Below are positions 8,107-16,509 of a stretch of 20,000 nt of DNA, piece after piece. Source of the DNA: an uncultured virus (IMG/VR IMGVR_UViG_3300013109_000180) (Duplodnaviria > Heunggongvirae > Uroviricota > Caudoviricetes); IMG/VR virus record IMGVR_UViG_3300013109_000180; one strand, given 5' to 3'. The notes under the pieces are model-generated. The model worked only from the letters and a program-made list of their open reading frames with translations, did no database searches and was not told where the DNA came from. Made by a program: the position numbers and the translations under genes. The number at the start of each line of letters is the position of its first letter. The first letter of the stretch is position 1.

Positions 8107-8113
8107 TATTTAT
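8107..8113 (-). promoter_or_regulatory. ATAAATA late-promoter-like motif upstream of the exported cassette
   Basis: ATAAATAG about 30 nt upstream of the ATG at 8077, just downstream of the tctC terminator. Confidence 0.5.
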
Positions 8114-8149
8114 GGATTATGTGCGAAAATAATAACACTAGTTTTAATG

Positions 8150-8177
8150 AAAAAAGGACAACCAGAGTTGCCCTTTT
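8150..8177 (-). terminator. Rho-independent terminator after tctC
   Basis: Minus strand AAAA-GGGCAAC-TCTG-GTTGTCC-TTTTTT: 7-bp stem with one G-U pair, tetraloop, U6 tail. Confidence 0.85.
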
Positions 8178-8193
8178 GTAGATAGAATATTAA

Positions 8194-9327
8194 TTATTGC
8201 CAGTTAAAAAAGTCTTTAAGCCAACCTCTGATGCTTTTAGATTGTTCAGCTTCTTCAACAACGTCTACTGCATCTGGAGTTAAAATGCTTTCTTTATAAA
8301 CTGCTTGAATGTTTAACGCCTCATTTGAGAATTTAACTAAATTACGTAATGCATCTTCTGTAACAAATGTCATTAGTGTATCTCTTCGAGCATTACCTTC
8401 TTCACCAATAACCCATTCATAATTGCCAACTTTCTTTTGAATGGCTTTGATAGCCTGCTCGTCTTTAGACATTTCTAACAATGCTTTTTGTAACAACTCT
8501 GCATTTGGATTACCAGCGTTTACCCAAAATGCTTTTTGTAAAGCATCACGGAATGACTTAACAAGTACATATGCATCATACATTGGACCTGATGGTGCTT
8601 CTCCCCATTTTTGCTCATATAAAATTTCCATTTGTAAACCTGGATAGTTAGGGTCATCTGCGTGTGTACCATCTGCTTGTAGAATTCCATGATGGAACCA
8701 AATTTCTGCTTCTTCGTTAGGAGCAATATGTTTCTTATATGCCGCAGGATTTTCTCTGTCAACAGTTAGTTCACCACGTTTAAATGCTAAACGTCTGTCG
8801 CCGCCCTTTTTAAAACCTGGAACGAAAGTAACTTTTGATTTAAAACAAGTTGTGTATGCATCAATGGAATCTAGTGGTCCACATAATAATAGAGCTAGTG
8901 CCATTGCATCTGGAACACGACCTGGATTAGATGCAAATATAATATTGTCTAAATCTGCATCAAGTCTTTTACCAACAATGATGTTTAAGTTCATCATACC
9001 AATTGATTCCCAATCAGCATAGTTGTAATCAACTTGTTCTTGTAAGAATGATACACCATTACCACCATGTGAAACCATAATAATAGTATCGTCAAATCTT
9101 AATTCGTTTTGAAAGGCATTAACTGCCGGTATATCTCTAGCACCTGGAAAGTTTCTAAGTTTTAGAGTGTGTTCTGGCATAAACCTAGCCAGTTCTTTAA
9201 GTACAATTTCTGTCCACACAGTAGTACCAGAACCTGGTTTCTGTGGAACAACAAATGTAAATGTTTCAGCAAGTGCTGATGTTGCGATTCCTAGTGATAA
9301 CACTAGGACCATTAGAATTTTCTTCAT
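8194..9327 (-). CDS. tctC: Tripartite tricarboxylate transporter substrate-binding protein (TctC/Bug-like, divergent)
   Basis: Signal peptide, FVVPQKPGSGT (cf. IVPxxxGGxxD), NFPGA (cf. NxPGA), VPGFKKGGDRRLAFKRGELTV (cf. VPYxGGGxxxxAxxxGxxD); adjacent to tctA; AAGGAG RBS. Confidence 0.8.
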   Translation of the reverse strand: MKKILMVLVLSLGIATSALAETFTFVVPQKPGSGTTVWTEIVLKELARFMPEHTLKLRNFPGARDIPAVNAFQNELRFDDTIIMVSHGGNGVSFLQEQVDYNYADWESIGMMNLNIIVGKRLDADLDNIIFASNPGRVPDAMALALLLCGPLDSIDAYTTCFKSKVTFVPGFKKGGDRRLAFKRGELTVDRENPAAYKKHIAPNEEAEIWFHHGILQADGTHADDPNYPGLQMEILYEQKWGEAPSGPMYDAYVLVKSFRDALQKAFWVNAGNPNAELLQKALLEMSKDEQAIKAIQKKVGNYEWVIGEEGNARRDTLMTFVTEDALRNLVKFSNEALNIQAVYKESILTPDAVDVVEEAEQSKSIRGWLKDFFNWQ

Positions 9328-9352
9328 TCTTGTCTCCTTGGAATTGTATATG

Positions 9353-9359
9353 TATTTAT
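9353..9359 (-). promoter_or_regulatory. ATAAATA late-promoter-like motif upstream of tctC
   Basis: ATAAATAC in the 36-nt tctA-tctC gap, about 26 nt before the ATG. Confidence 0.5.
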
Positions 9360-9363
9360 TAAA

Positions 9364-10803
9364 TTAAGCATATTCTAGTTTACTTCTTTTAACTATGCTG
9401 AATACTAACAACATAATTACACAACTCATTATCACTAAGAACAACGGTCTTGTCATTAGTTTATCTATTGAATAAATTGTTGTCATTTGTAATGTTAATG
9501 CTTCTATCTTTGTAGCAAGTATAAATGCCATTAACATTGCAGGTCTACTAAACTTGTATTTTTTACAAAACAATCCTAAACAAGTAGTAATACCTAGTAT
9601 AGCATAATCTTGCCAACCACCTGTGTATTGAACACAAGCCCATATAATAAATGCTACTAAGAATGGAAAGTAATAAATGTAAGGAACATAAGTTATTTTT
9701 GCAATTTGCTTATTGAATAGTACACAAACTACACCAGTAATTACTGTCGCCCACATAAATCCAAATGTTAAACTGTCAAAGAACTTTATATCATTTGCTA
9801 ATTCTTGTGTTCCTAATTCGAAACCCAAATACATAAACAAGGCTAGTAGTACTGCGGCAAAACTTGCTCCAGGTATTCCAAACAATACTGTTGGAATCAT
9901 ACTAGTTGCCTTTTGGGCATTGTTACTACCTTCTGGCCCTATAACACCTCTTAGGTTACCTTTACCAAATTCTTCTTCAGGATGACTTGCTACTGTAGCA
10001 CCGTAACTCATCCAATCTCCCATAGCACCACCAAGACCAGGTAAAAATCCTACAAATGCTCCAATTGCTCCGCCACGTAAAGCATCCCATTTATATTTCC
10101 AAACTGCTTTAATACCTTCCCAAGTCTGATGCGTATGCGTTTCTTTACCTATTGTTGCAATTGAGTTGCCTCTTCGCCAACCTTGTACTATTTCAGGAAA
10201 AGCAAATAGTCCAGCGACAAAAGGCATAAGTTGTACGCCATCTTCTAAATATTCCCATCCAAAAGTAAATCTGTCTATGTTTGTTTCTGGGTTTATGCCT
10301 ATTAATCCTACAAAAATACCCACACAAATTGCTATGATACTTCTAAACCAAAACCTATTACTGACAAATCCTACACAGGCTAAACTTAATAAGATGAAAG
10401 CCCATAGTTCAGGGATGCCGAAATACATAATAAGTTTCACATATTGAGGTAATAGGGCAAAAGTTAATGTACCCCAAAATAATCCATTGATTGTGCTTGT
10501 TGTGATTGCGGCCGTTAAAGCCTCTGTGGCTCTACCTTGTTGTGCTAAAGGATACCCATCGACCATTGTAGCCGCGGCTGAGTTTGCACCTGGGATACCT
10601 AATAGTATTCCTGCATAAGTATCACCCGTTGTGCTTGAGGCAACTACTGCCATACAGAATATTACGCCCAAGTATGGGTCGAAACCAAAGTAACTTATGA
10701 AACCAAAAAGTGCTACGAGACCTGTTGTGGCTCCAGCACTTGGTATAAGTCCTATAATTAATCCGTAAAATGTTCCTGCGAGTAACGTCAGAATTGCGTC
10801 CAT
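9364..10803 (-). CDS. tctA: Tripartite tricarboxylate transporter large permease TctA
   Basis: Multi-TM protein with family signatures GLIPSAGA, ILLGIPGANSAAATMVDGYPLAQQG, GFLPGLG, PEGSNNA, IPTVLFGIPG. Confidence 0.93.
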   Translation of the reverse strand: MDAILTLLAGTFYGLIIGLIPSAGATTGLVALFGFISYFGFDPYLGVIFCMAVVASSTTGDTYAGILLGIPGANSAAATMVDGYPLAQQGRATEALTAAITTSTINGLFWGTLTFALLPQYVKLIMYFGIPELWAFILLSLACVGFVSNRFWFRSIIAICVGIFVGLIGINPETNIDRFTFGWEYLEDGVQLMPFVAGLFAFPEIVQGWRRGNSIATIGKETHTHQTWEGIKAVWKYKWDALRGGAIGAFVGFLPGLGGAMGDWMSYGATVASHPEEEFGKGNLRGVIGPEGSNNAQKATSMIPTVLFGIPGASFAAVLLALFMYLGFELGTQELANDIKFFDSLTFGFMWATVITGVVCVLFNKQIAKITYVPYIYYFPFLVAFIIWACVQYTGGWQDYAILGITTCLGLFCKKYKFSRPAMLMAFILATKIEALTLQMTTIYSIDKLMTRPLFLVIMSCVIMLLVFSIVKRSKLEYA

Positions 10804-10821
10804 GATGTATTCCCTCTATGG

Positions 10822-10828
10822 TATTTAT
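10822..10828 (-). promoter_or_regulatory. ATAAATA late-promoter-like motif upstream of tctA
   Basis: CGATAAATAC about 19 nt before the ATG at 10803, preceded by an inverted repeat at 10831-10854. Confidence 0.5.
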
Positions 10829-10904
10829 CGTAGTCAATACATTACAGTTGACTATTCTGCTATCTCTTAAAGCTGTGGTCCTTCAAACGGAAGATCATCT
10901 AAGT

Positions 10905-11165
10905 TTAGTTTTTTTTTGATGCTTTTTTTCCTTTGGCTTTAGAAGTAGCTGACTTCACCTCCGTAATAGGCTTCTTCTTAATTATTTTACCTTTAGATGA
11001 TACTCGTATCTTCTTTTTTGCCGTTGTTTTAACTGGCTTCTTTGTGGTCATACTTGTTTTACCAGACAAGTAACTAGGAATCATACTTCCTTTATACTTG
11101 GCTGGGTCAACACCTTTGCCAAAAAATATTTCAGTTAAAGTTGGCCAATCTCCTAGGTTAAACAT
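10905..11165 (-). CDS. Small Lys-rich basic protein (histone H1 tail-like C-terminus)
   Basis: C-terminal half dominated by K/A/S/T (TTKKPVKTTAKKK...KAKGKKASKKN); RBS-like GGGAAG upstream; ends in an A9 run. Confidence 0.7.
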   Translation of the reverse strand: MFNLGDWPTLTEIFFGKGVDPAKYKGSMIPSYLSGKTSMTTKKPVKTTAKKKIRVSSKGKIIKKKPITEVKSATSKAKGKKASKKN

Positions 11166-11177
11166 AGTAGTTCTTCC

Positions 11178-11360
11178 CTATAGATTGTTTTTCTTTTCTT
11201 GGATTTCTTTTCGTCTTGCTTTTGAAAGTTTTCCAATTGCGCCTAGTGCTTTCCTAGCACGGGCCGCTGATGCTTTTACACCTTTGTTTTCAAAGTTTGC
11301 CTGCTCTGAAAGATAAGTTTCGTAACTAGTTACAATTTCATCGTGTGTTGTAGTACTCAT
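11178..11360 (-). CDS. Histone H1-like protein, Hc1 family
   Basis: KGVKASAARARKALGAIGKLSKARRKEI matches the Hc1-type KGxKAAxxRARKA pattern; AAGGAG RBS. Confidence 0.8.
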   Translation of the reverse strand: MSTTTHDEIVTSYETYLSEQANFENKGVKASAARARKALGAIGKLSKARRKEIQEKKNNL

Positions 11361-11377
11361 AATTTTCTCCTTATGAT

Positions 11378-11623
11378 TTAACCAATATGCGGGTTACCCG
11401 CTGGCGTATTACTGTCGCTCGCGACTTTTTTAACATTAATAGCGGTACTTTTACCTCTATTTTCACCTATTTCAAAAGATACTTCATCACCTTCTGTAAT
11501 AGTATCGATACCAGCTTCTTGTAATGCAGAAATATGTAAAAACACATCCTTACTACCGCCGCCGACTTCGATAAATCCATATCCTTTTGTAGGATTGAAC
11601 CATTTTATTTTACCTGTATTCAT
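11378..11623 (-). CDS. cspA: Cold-shock domain protein
   Basis: [15 protein letters not shown] (RNP1) and DVFLHISAL (RNP2); short extra C-terminal tail. The symbol denotes the family only. Confidence 0.95.
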   Translation of the reverse strand: MNTGKIKWFNPTKGYGFIEVGGGSKDVFLHISALQEAGIDTITEGDEVSFEIGENRGKSTAINVKKVASDSNTPAGNPHIG

Positions 11624-11635
11624 TGTCTTCCTTCT

Positions 11636-11770
11636 TTATCCAAAGTGCTTAGTTATGCTCTCTGGCATTCTTTCTTTAATTGGACTCCATATAGATGATT
11701 CTACCTTGCCTATTAATTTAGGTCTAGGTACTAACCATCCTATTAAAATCCCGAGTATAAAATATCCCAT
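11636..11770 (-). CDS. Small membrane protein, 44 aa (not in ORF track)
   Basis: MGYFILGILIGWLVPRPKLIGKVESSIWSPIKERMPESITKHFG*; AAAGGA RBS; first ORF after the 11814-11842 promoter. Confidence 0.75.
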   Translation of the reverse strand: MGYFILGILIGWLVPRPKLIGKVESSIWSPIKERMPESITKHFG

Positions 11771-11813
11771 TTTATATCCTTTTCTATCGCAAATCTATTG
11801 CGAATTCTTTATT

Positions 11814-11842
11814 ATTATAATACATTATTACCAAGATGTCAA
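11814..11842 (-). promoter_or_regulatory. Perfect-consensus sigma70 promoter
   Basis: Minus strand TTGACA (11842-11837), 17 nt, TATAAT (11819-11814), starting directly after the methyltransferase stop. Confidence 0.9.
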
Positions 11843-12445
11843 CTAAGATCTTGCTTTCTTTCGCCAAATAACCATATTATGATACGTTTTTATGCCTTCT
11901 GGGGTGGTTAAACTGTGTACTGGTGTAATATTTACAACATCTAAATATGATTGTGCATTCCATCCACCATCATAAAACCAATCGCCATCGTGCTTAGACA
12001 TACTACAAAATAGTAGTCCGTCGTTTGTTAAACTGTTTGCTAAATGTTCTGCCGCAATAGAATTAACATGACCTTTTGTTAATACACCTATTGCTGTTAT
12101 ACATTTATACTTCTTTGGTAATGCTTTTTCAGTAATGTCATGTTTACTAATTGATCTATAGTTTGTTGCTATAAATCTTTCAAGCATTTTGAGATTTAAG
12201 TCATATCCATCAATTTTATAATCATGTTCTGCTAATCCAATACCCACTTGACCGTTACCACATCCAATGTCTGCAACTTCGGTTCCTTCTGGAAAGTTAT
12301 CAGCAATCCATTTAGCCGCTATTGTATGACATTTCCATCCTAATCCTTCTATGACTTGTTCATGATAGTTATCCCATTCGTCATATAACTCGCTATTATT
12401 TTTATCATATACTTCATCGAGCCATTTTTGTTCTTTATTCGTCAT
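11843..12445 (-). CDS. Class I SAM-dependent methyltransferase
   Basis: Motif I VADIGCGNGQVG, IDGYDLNLKML, HDIT, AIGVLTKGH; small-molecule methyltransferase size. Confidence 0.9.
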   Translation of the reverse strand: MTNKEQKWLDEVYDKNNSELYDEWDNYHEQVIEGLGWKCHTIAAKWIADNFPEGTEVADIGCGNGQVGIGLAEHDYKIDGYDLNLKMLERFIATNYRSISKHDITEKALPKKYKCITAIGVLTKGHVNSIAAEHLANSLTNDGLLFCSMSKHDGDWFYDGGWNAQSYLDVVNITPVHSLTTPEGIKTYHNMVIWRKKARS

Positions 12446-13130
12446 AATATTTTACTATTTCGTTTATGTCTTGCCTCATAGTTCTATACTGATTAATTGG
12501 GTTTGATGGATCTTCATATCCCATACTCATACCACATAAAACTATCTTATCTTTGTACTTTGGCAACTCTTCACGTATAATATCAGCATATTCACCCAAC
12601 GAGCCTTGTGAACATGTTGCTAGTCCATTCTCTGTTGCTAATAACATAATAGATTGTATAAACATTCCATAGTCTACGTAAGAACCTTTCCCTAATTCTC
12701 TATCAATAAAGAATAATAGCATTACGGGTGCATCAAAAGCTCTGTAGTTTTTAGCATATAAGTCGTCTTTTTGTTTTTGCATTCCTTTAGAAATAATACC
12801 CATTTGTGAGTATAACCCTATCCCACATGCTTTTCTATTATCTTTATACTTACCAAACCATTTAGTATCTTTCTCAGACTTTTTGTCTTGTGGATAGTAT
12901 TCATAATCCATAACAGGTTGTTTACCTGAACGAAATGCTTCTTCTAACTTAATACATAAGTTGTTTTTTGCTTTACCAGTAAGTACTACAACGTCCCAAG
13001 GTTGATGATTATCGCCACTTGGTGCTCGTTTTGCTTGTTCTAGTATTTTAATTACAATATGTGGATACACTTGTTTATTTAAAAATGCACGTGTTGATTT
13101 ACGTTTTCTTATAGCGTCATTTACATTCAT
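12435..13130 (-). CDS. Nitroreductase family flavoprotein (PnbA/NfnB-like)
   Basis: RKSTRAF, RAPSGDNHQPW, NYRAFDAPV, DYGMFIQSIMLLATENGLATCSQ, CGMSMGY. Confidence 0.92.
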   Translation of the reverse strand: MNVNDAIRKRKSTRAFLNKQVYPHIVIKILEQAKRAPSGDNHQPWDVVVLTGKAKNNLCIKLEEAFRSGKQPVMDYEYYPQDKKSEKDTKWFGKYKDNRKACGIGLYSQMGIISKGMQKQKDDLYAKNYRAFDAPVMLLFFIDRELGKGSYVDYGMFIQSIMLLATENGLATCSQGSLGEYADIIREELPKYKDKIVLCGMSMGYEDPSNPINQYRTMRQDINEIVKYYDE

Positions 13131-14134
13131 GTTGTTATTTCACAATTATTTATACATACAGCATACTTACCGTGCTCTACAGCACTATTTAATGTACTAT
13201 TGAACCATTTATGACTAAGTATGTCATTTAATGAGTGATTTGTTAAATTGTTCCATTCTTGATTAGGCATTTCTTTTTCTAACTGTTCTTGTTGGTTTAT
13301 CTCAGTTATTCCTTCCATTACATCTGCAATATAGCAACATGGCCACACATTGCCCCACGGCCCAATTTGTATTCGTTCATCTCTATACCATGGGCATTTA
13401 CTATCAGTTGTATGTTTTGTTGAGTTTTCAGAAAACATTACTGAATTATTAAAATATACTGTGTCTGGCAATGTAACTTTATCTGCTTTATCAGTATGTA
13501 ACCTGTATTCTTCTGTTGGTGTTTCAACTAATGCATTTTTTGTATGACTATATCTAAATTTAATTGACGTAAAGTTATTCTTTCTTGCTACCTCAATTGC
13601 TTCATCTATTTGATGTATATTATAATCAAACAATGTCATTATCCAACGACTTTTTCCACCTGCTTTAGCAAAAGATATTGCATTTGCTAATATTTTATTA
13701 TAATCTGTTGAGCGCCTATATATTAAATGTGTGTCTTCTAGTCCATCAATAGCAAAATCAACAGCATGATATTTTGTATCTCTAGATAATGCATTGCCTA
13801 AACTACCCCACCATTCTTCATTATGTGTTCCACCATTAGTACAAATTTGTACAGATGCTTCTGGATTACATTTACCAAACACAGAAATTAATTCAGGTAA
13901 ATCAGGATGCATACCTGGGTCTCCCCAATTTCCATTAAGTTTTAATTTAAGTATTTCTGTATCAATAGTATCTTCAGTAAATAAACGATACCAAATATGT
14001 TTATCAAAGTGACTTAATTGTAACCACGGCTGTGTTTTTCCTCCAGCTATGTTTCTAGCACACGCACCACACCTTGCGTTACAATAACTTGTAATATCAA
14101 TTTGCATATGGTGTATTTGTTTTAGCCAATTCAT
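13127..14134 (-). CDS. Radical SAM protein with C-terminal SPASM/twitch-like domain (paralog of 583..1677)
   Basis: CNARCGAC, GNWGDP, TNGG, FAIDGLEDTHLIYR; C-terminal CPW...GNVWPCCY...CINNC. Confidence 0.92.
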   Translation of the reverse strand: MNWLKQIHHMQIDITSYCNARCGACARNIAGGKTQPWLQLSHFDKHIWYRLFTEDTIDTEILKLKLNGNWGDPGMHPDLPELISVFGKCNPEASVQICTNGGTHNEEWWGSLGNALSRDTKYHAVDFAIDGLEDTHLIYRRSTDYNKILANAISFAKAGGKSRWIMTLFDYNIHQIDEAIEVARKNNFTSIKFRYSHTKNALVETPTEEYRLHTDKADKVTLPDTVYFNNSVMFSENSTKHTTDSKCPWYRDERIQIGPWGNVWPCCYIADVMEGITEINQQEQLEKEMPNQEWNNLTNHSLNDILSHKWFNSTLNSAVEHGKYAVCINNCEITT

Positions 14135-14136
14135 TA

Positions 14137-15570
14137 TTATACTTGAGAGTGATCTTTAAGATTAATATGTTCTAGTCTTTGATCTGCAGGCCCATTTAAA
14201 ACAATTTCTGCTAATTTATGTTTTTGTAGTTTTTGTGGAGTTAGTGTTTCACTTGATTGTCCAAAGAATAGTTCATCAGTAACATGATATATGTTGTGTG
14301 GTCTTTTAGATGGTTGCATTTCTTTAAAACTTTTTGCAATATCCTTTGCTGATGCATCTCCTGTATATATTAAGTAATGAAGTTCGTCTTTCTCACAACT
14401 AGCAACGTTTTCAACGCCAGGAGTTTCAAGTGCCTTAGCCTCAACCATTCCTGTATAAATCTTGACACCACCTTTCATAAAAATAACATCATCGAACACT
14501 CTGCCTGTATAAAACCAGGCACCATTTCTATTCTCAAACTTATCGCCATCTGTTTGCCAATCAAGTGTTCCATACCTATACCAAAGTACACCCTCATCAT
14601 CATATTTAAGTTCGCCATTATAAAATTTAGGGTCGTGTACAAATCCATAAAAGTTTTCTATTGGATCACCGGGTCTATATTTTGCACTAGAATGACAGTC
14701 TGCTTCTGTACTTGCCATCATGTTGTGCATACATACAAAGTTAAACTTTTTCTCAATACTTCTAACAATTGATTCTGGAGTATGCCCACCTGACATTTCC
14801 CAATATTTGATTCCATTCCAATTGAAATCATCTGGACATGCATCAACTATTCTTTTAACAGCATTAGGATATGAGATACAACAATTGGGATTTGCTTTTT
14901 GTATTTGTTCTGGAATATTATCACCATAGTTTAAGAAGTGTAATCCGCCACCTATATAATACATTCTTAATAAGTTATATGGATTGTATGTTGCTGTAAA
15001 TCCGTGTGTGCAAAGTATATAGGGACGTTGAGCAAATTCAAACTCTGGTGCTATTGCAAATAAATGTTGTGTTGAAGCATGTGCTGTACAACCTAATAGT
15101 GTTTGTCCATCTACAATTGCGTTTTCGTGGTCTTCATAATCCCAAAAGAAAGGATACATTTCAAAGAATTCTTTAACTGTAGTTCCACTTGTCATACCTC
15201 TATAAACTTCTAATGGATGTAGGATTGTGGGTGTCAAATCGTCTGTTAGCATGGTTATCTCATTACTTCGTATAATACATATTGCTTTACAGCCTGCAAT
15301 TAACCCATCTAATTCCATTTTAGATTGTCTACCATCTGCTTGTGTAGCTGACCCACCGTTCTTAATACTAGCAAGTATCCATAAGTAATCATCTATTGTT
15401 ACTTGCTCTTCTGCTACTACAAAAACAACGTGTGGTCCAATTCCATGCTCTTTTAATCTTTCTACTTTAGCATCAAGATTTGCATGTAGTTCGCCCCAAG
15501 TAATCTGTTCAGTTGATGAACTTAGAAATATCTGATCATCGCTTAATGGTTTTTGTTTTTGTTTTAACAT
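14137..15570 (-). CDS. Divergent adenylate-forming enzyme (ANL superfamily, acyl-CoA/acyl-AMP ligase-like)
   Basis: P-loop-like MTSGTT, SGG, MASTE (cf. YGxTE), TDGDKF (cf. TGD), GRVFDDVIFMKGGVKIY (cf. GRxDDxIxxxGxKI), C-terminal TPQKL Lys. Confidence 0.8.
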   Translation of the reverse strand: MLKQKQKPLSDDQIFLSSSTEQITWGELHANLDAKVERLKEHGIGPHVVFVVAEEQVTIDDYLWILASIKNGGSATQADGRQSKMELDGLIAGCKAICIIRSNEITMLTDDLTPTILHPLEVYRGMTSGTTVKEFFEMYPFFWDYEDHENAIVDGQTLLGCTAHASTQHLFAIAPEFEFAQRPYILCTHGFTATYNPYNLLRMYYIGGGLHFLNYGDNIPEQIQKANPNCCISYPNAVKRIVDACPDDFNWNGIKYWEMSGGHTPESIVRSIEKKFNFVCMHNMMASTEADCHSSAKYRPGDPIENFYGFVHDPKFYNGELKYDDEGVLWYRYGTLDWQTDGDKFENRNGAWFYTGRVFDDVIFMKGGVKIYTGMVEAKALETPGVENVASCEKDELHYLIYTGDASAKDIAKSFKEMQPSKRPHNIYHVTDELFFGQSSETLTPQKLQKHKLAEIVLNGPADQRLEHINLKDHSQV

Positions 15571-15575
15571 AATGT

Positions 15576-16499
15576 TTAACTTTTGTTCTTGCGTTTACGT
15601 GAAATGTATTTTTGTTCTTCAATGCTACTATCATACACACTATCGGGTCCTAATAATGTAGAATAATCAAATGCTGTTCGCCATATCATTCTCTCAGCAC
15701 TATTAACCCATGAACGTCTGTGTAGTGTATAGTATTGATCACAAATTAAGAAGTCGCCTTCTCTAAGAACAAAGTCTGTTATATTCTTTCCTTGAACTAA
15801 TGCCTTCCGAAACTTCTTTTGTATTTCATCTACGTCAATTGGTTCGCCTTTGTACCACGCTTTGCAGATAAATGCAGGTTGCCATAACATAAATTCTTTA
15901 TCGGTATATGGGTGTACATTAACTACGTTTTGTCTTTCATCATCATAATGGTATATTGGAGTTTTATAGGCTTCTTGAACACCGTCAATGGCTTTCATAC
16001 TTCCATCTCTTTTCATCTCTTCATAAGTTCCATATATTCCTTTTTCTTGACCATTTAATTGTGTTTCTACATTACGCCAATATTCTTTTTCTTCTTCTGT
16101 AAAATAACTAAATGCTTTATTAGTGTTTAATAAACTTAATACAGTATCAGGACATGACCCTACACAATATAATCCTGTTAATAATTCTTTAAATTCACCA
16201 ACATGACACATACCACCATCTCCGTGATATACTAAGTCTGTTGGGCCAAACATTCCATGTGGTGACTTTCCTACTGGTTGTGTTGTGATTAGGGAAATAT
16301 CTGGATTATCTTTTGGGTTAAACTCCATGTGTCCCATAGATGGATTAGAATCATCAGTATTGCCTATTCGTCTACAAAACTCTACTAATTCATCTTGTGT
16401 TAAGTATTGATCGTGAAATAATACATGGCCATTTCGTAACAGTATGTCAACTGCTTCTCTTAATTCGAAATCTGTATAGTCTGTTATTTTTTTCATCAT
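15576..16499 (-). CDS. TauD/TfdA-family Fe(II)/2-oxoglutarate dioxygenase
   Basis: YHGD (H-x-D), VHPYT, GDFLICDQYYTLHRR (distal His plus Arg), RMIWR; AGGAG RBS. Confidence 0.88.
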   Translation of the reverse strand: MMKKITDYTDFELREAVDILLRNGHVLFHDQYLTQDELVEFCRRIGNTDDSNPSMGHMEFNPKDNPDISLITTQPVGKSPHGMFGPTDLVYHGDGGMCHVGEFKELLTGLYCVGSCPDTVLSLLNTNKAFSYFTEEEKEYWRNVETQLNGQEKGIYGTYEEMKRDGSMKAIDGVQEAYKTPIYHYDDERQNVVNVHPYTDKEFMLWQPAFICKAWYKGEPIDVDEIQKKFRKALVQGKNITDFVLREGDFLICDQYYTLHRRSWVNSAERMIWRTAFDYSTLLGPDSVYDSSIEEQKYISRKRKNKS

Positions 16500-16509
16500 G
16501 TTAATTCTC

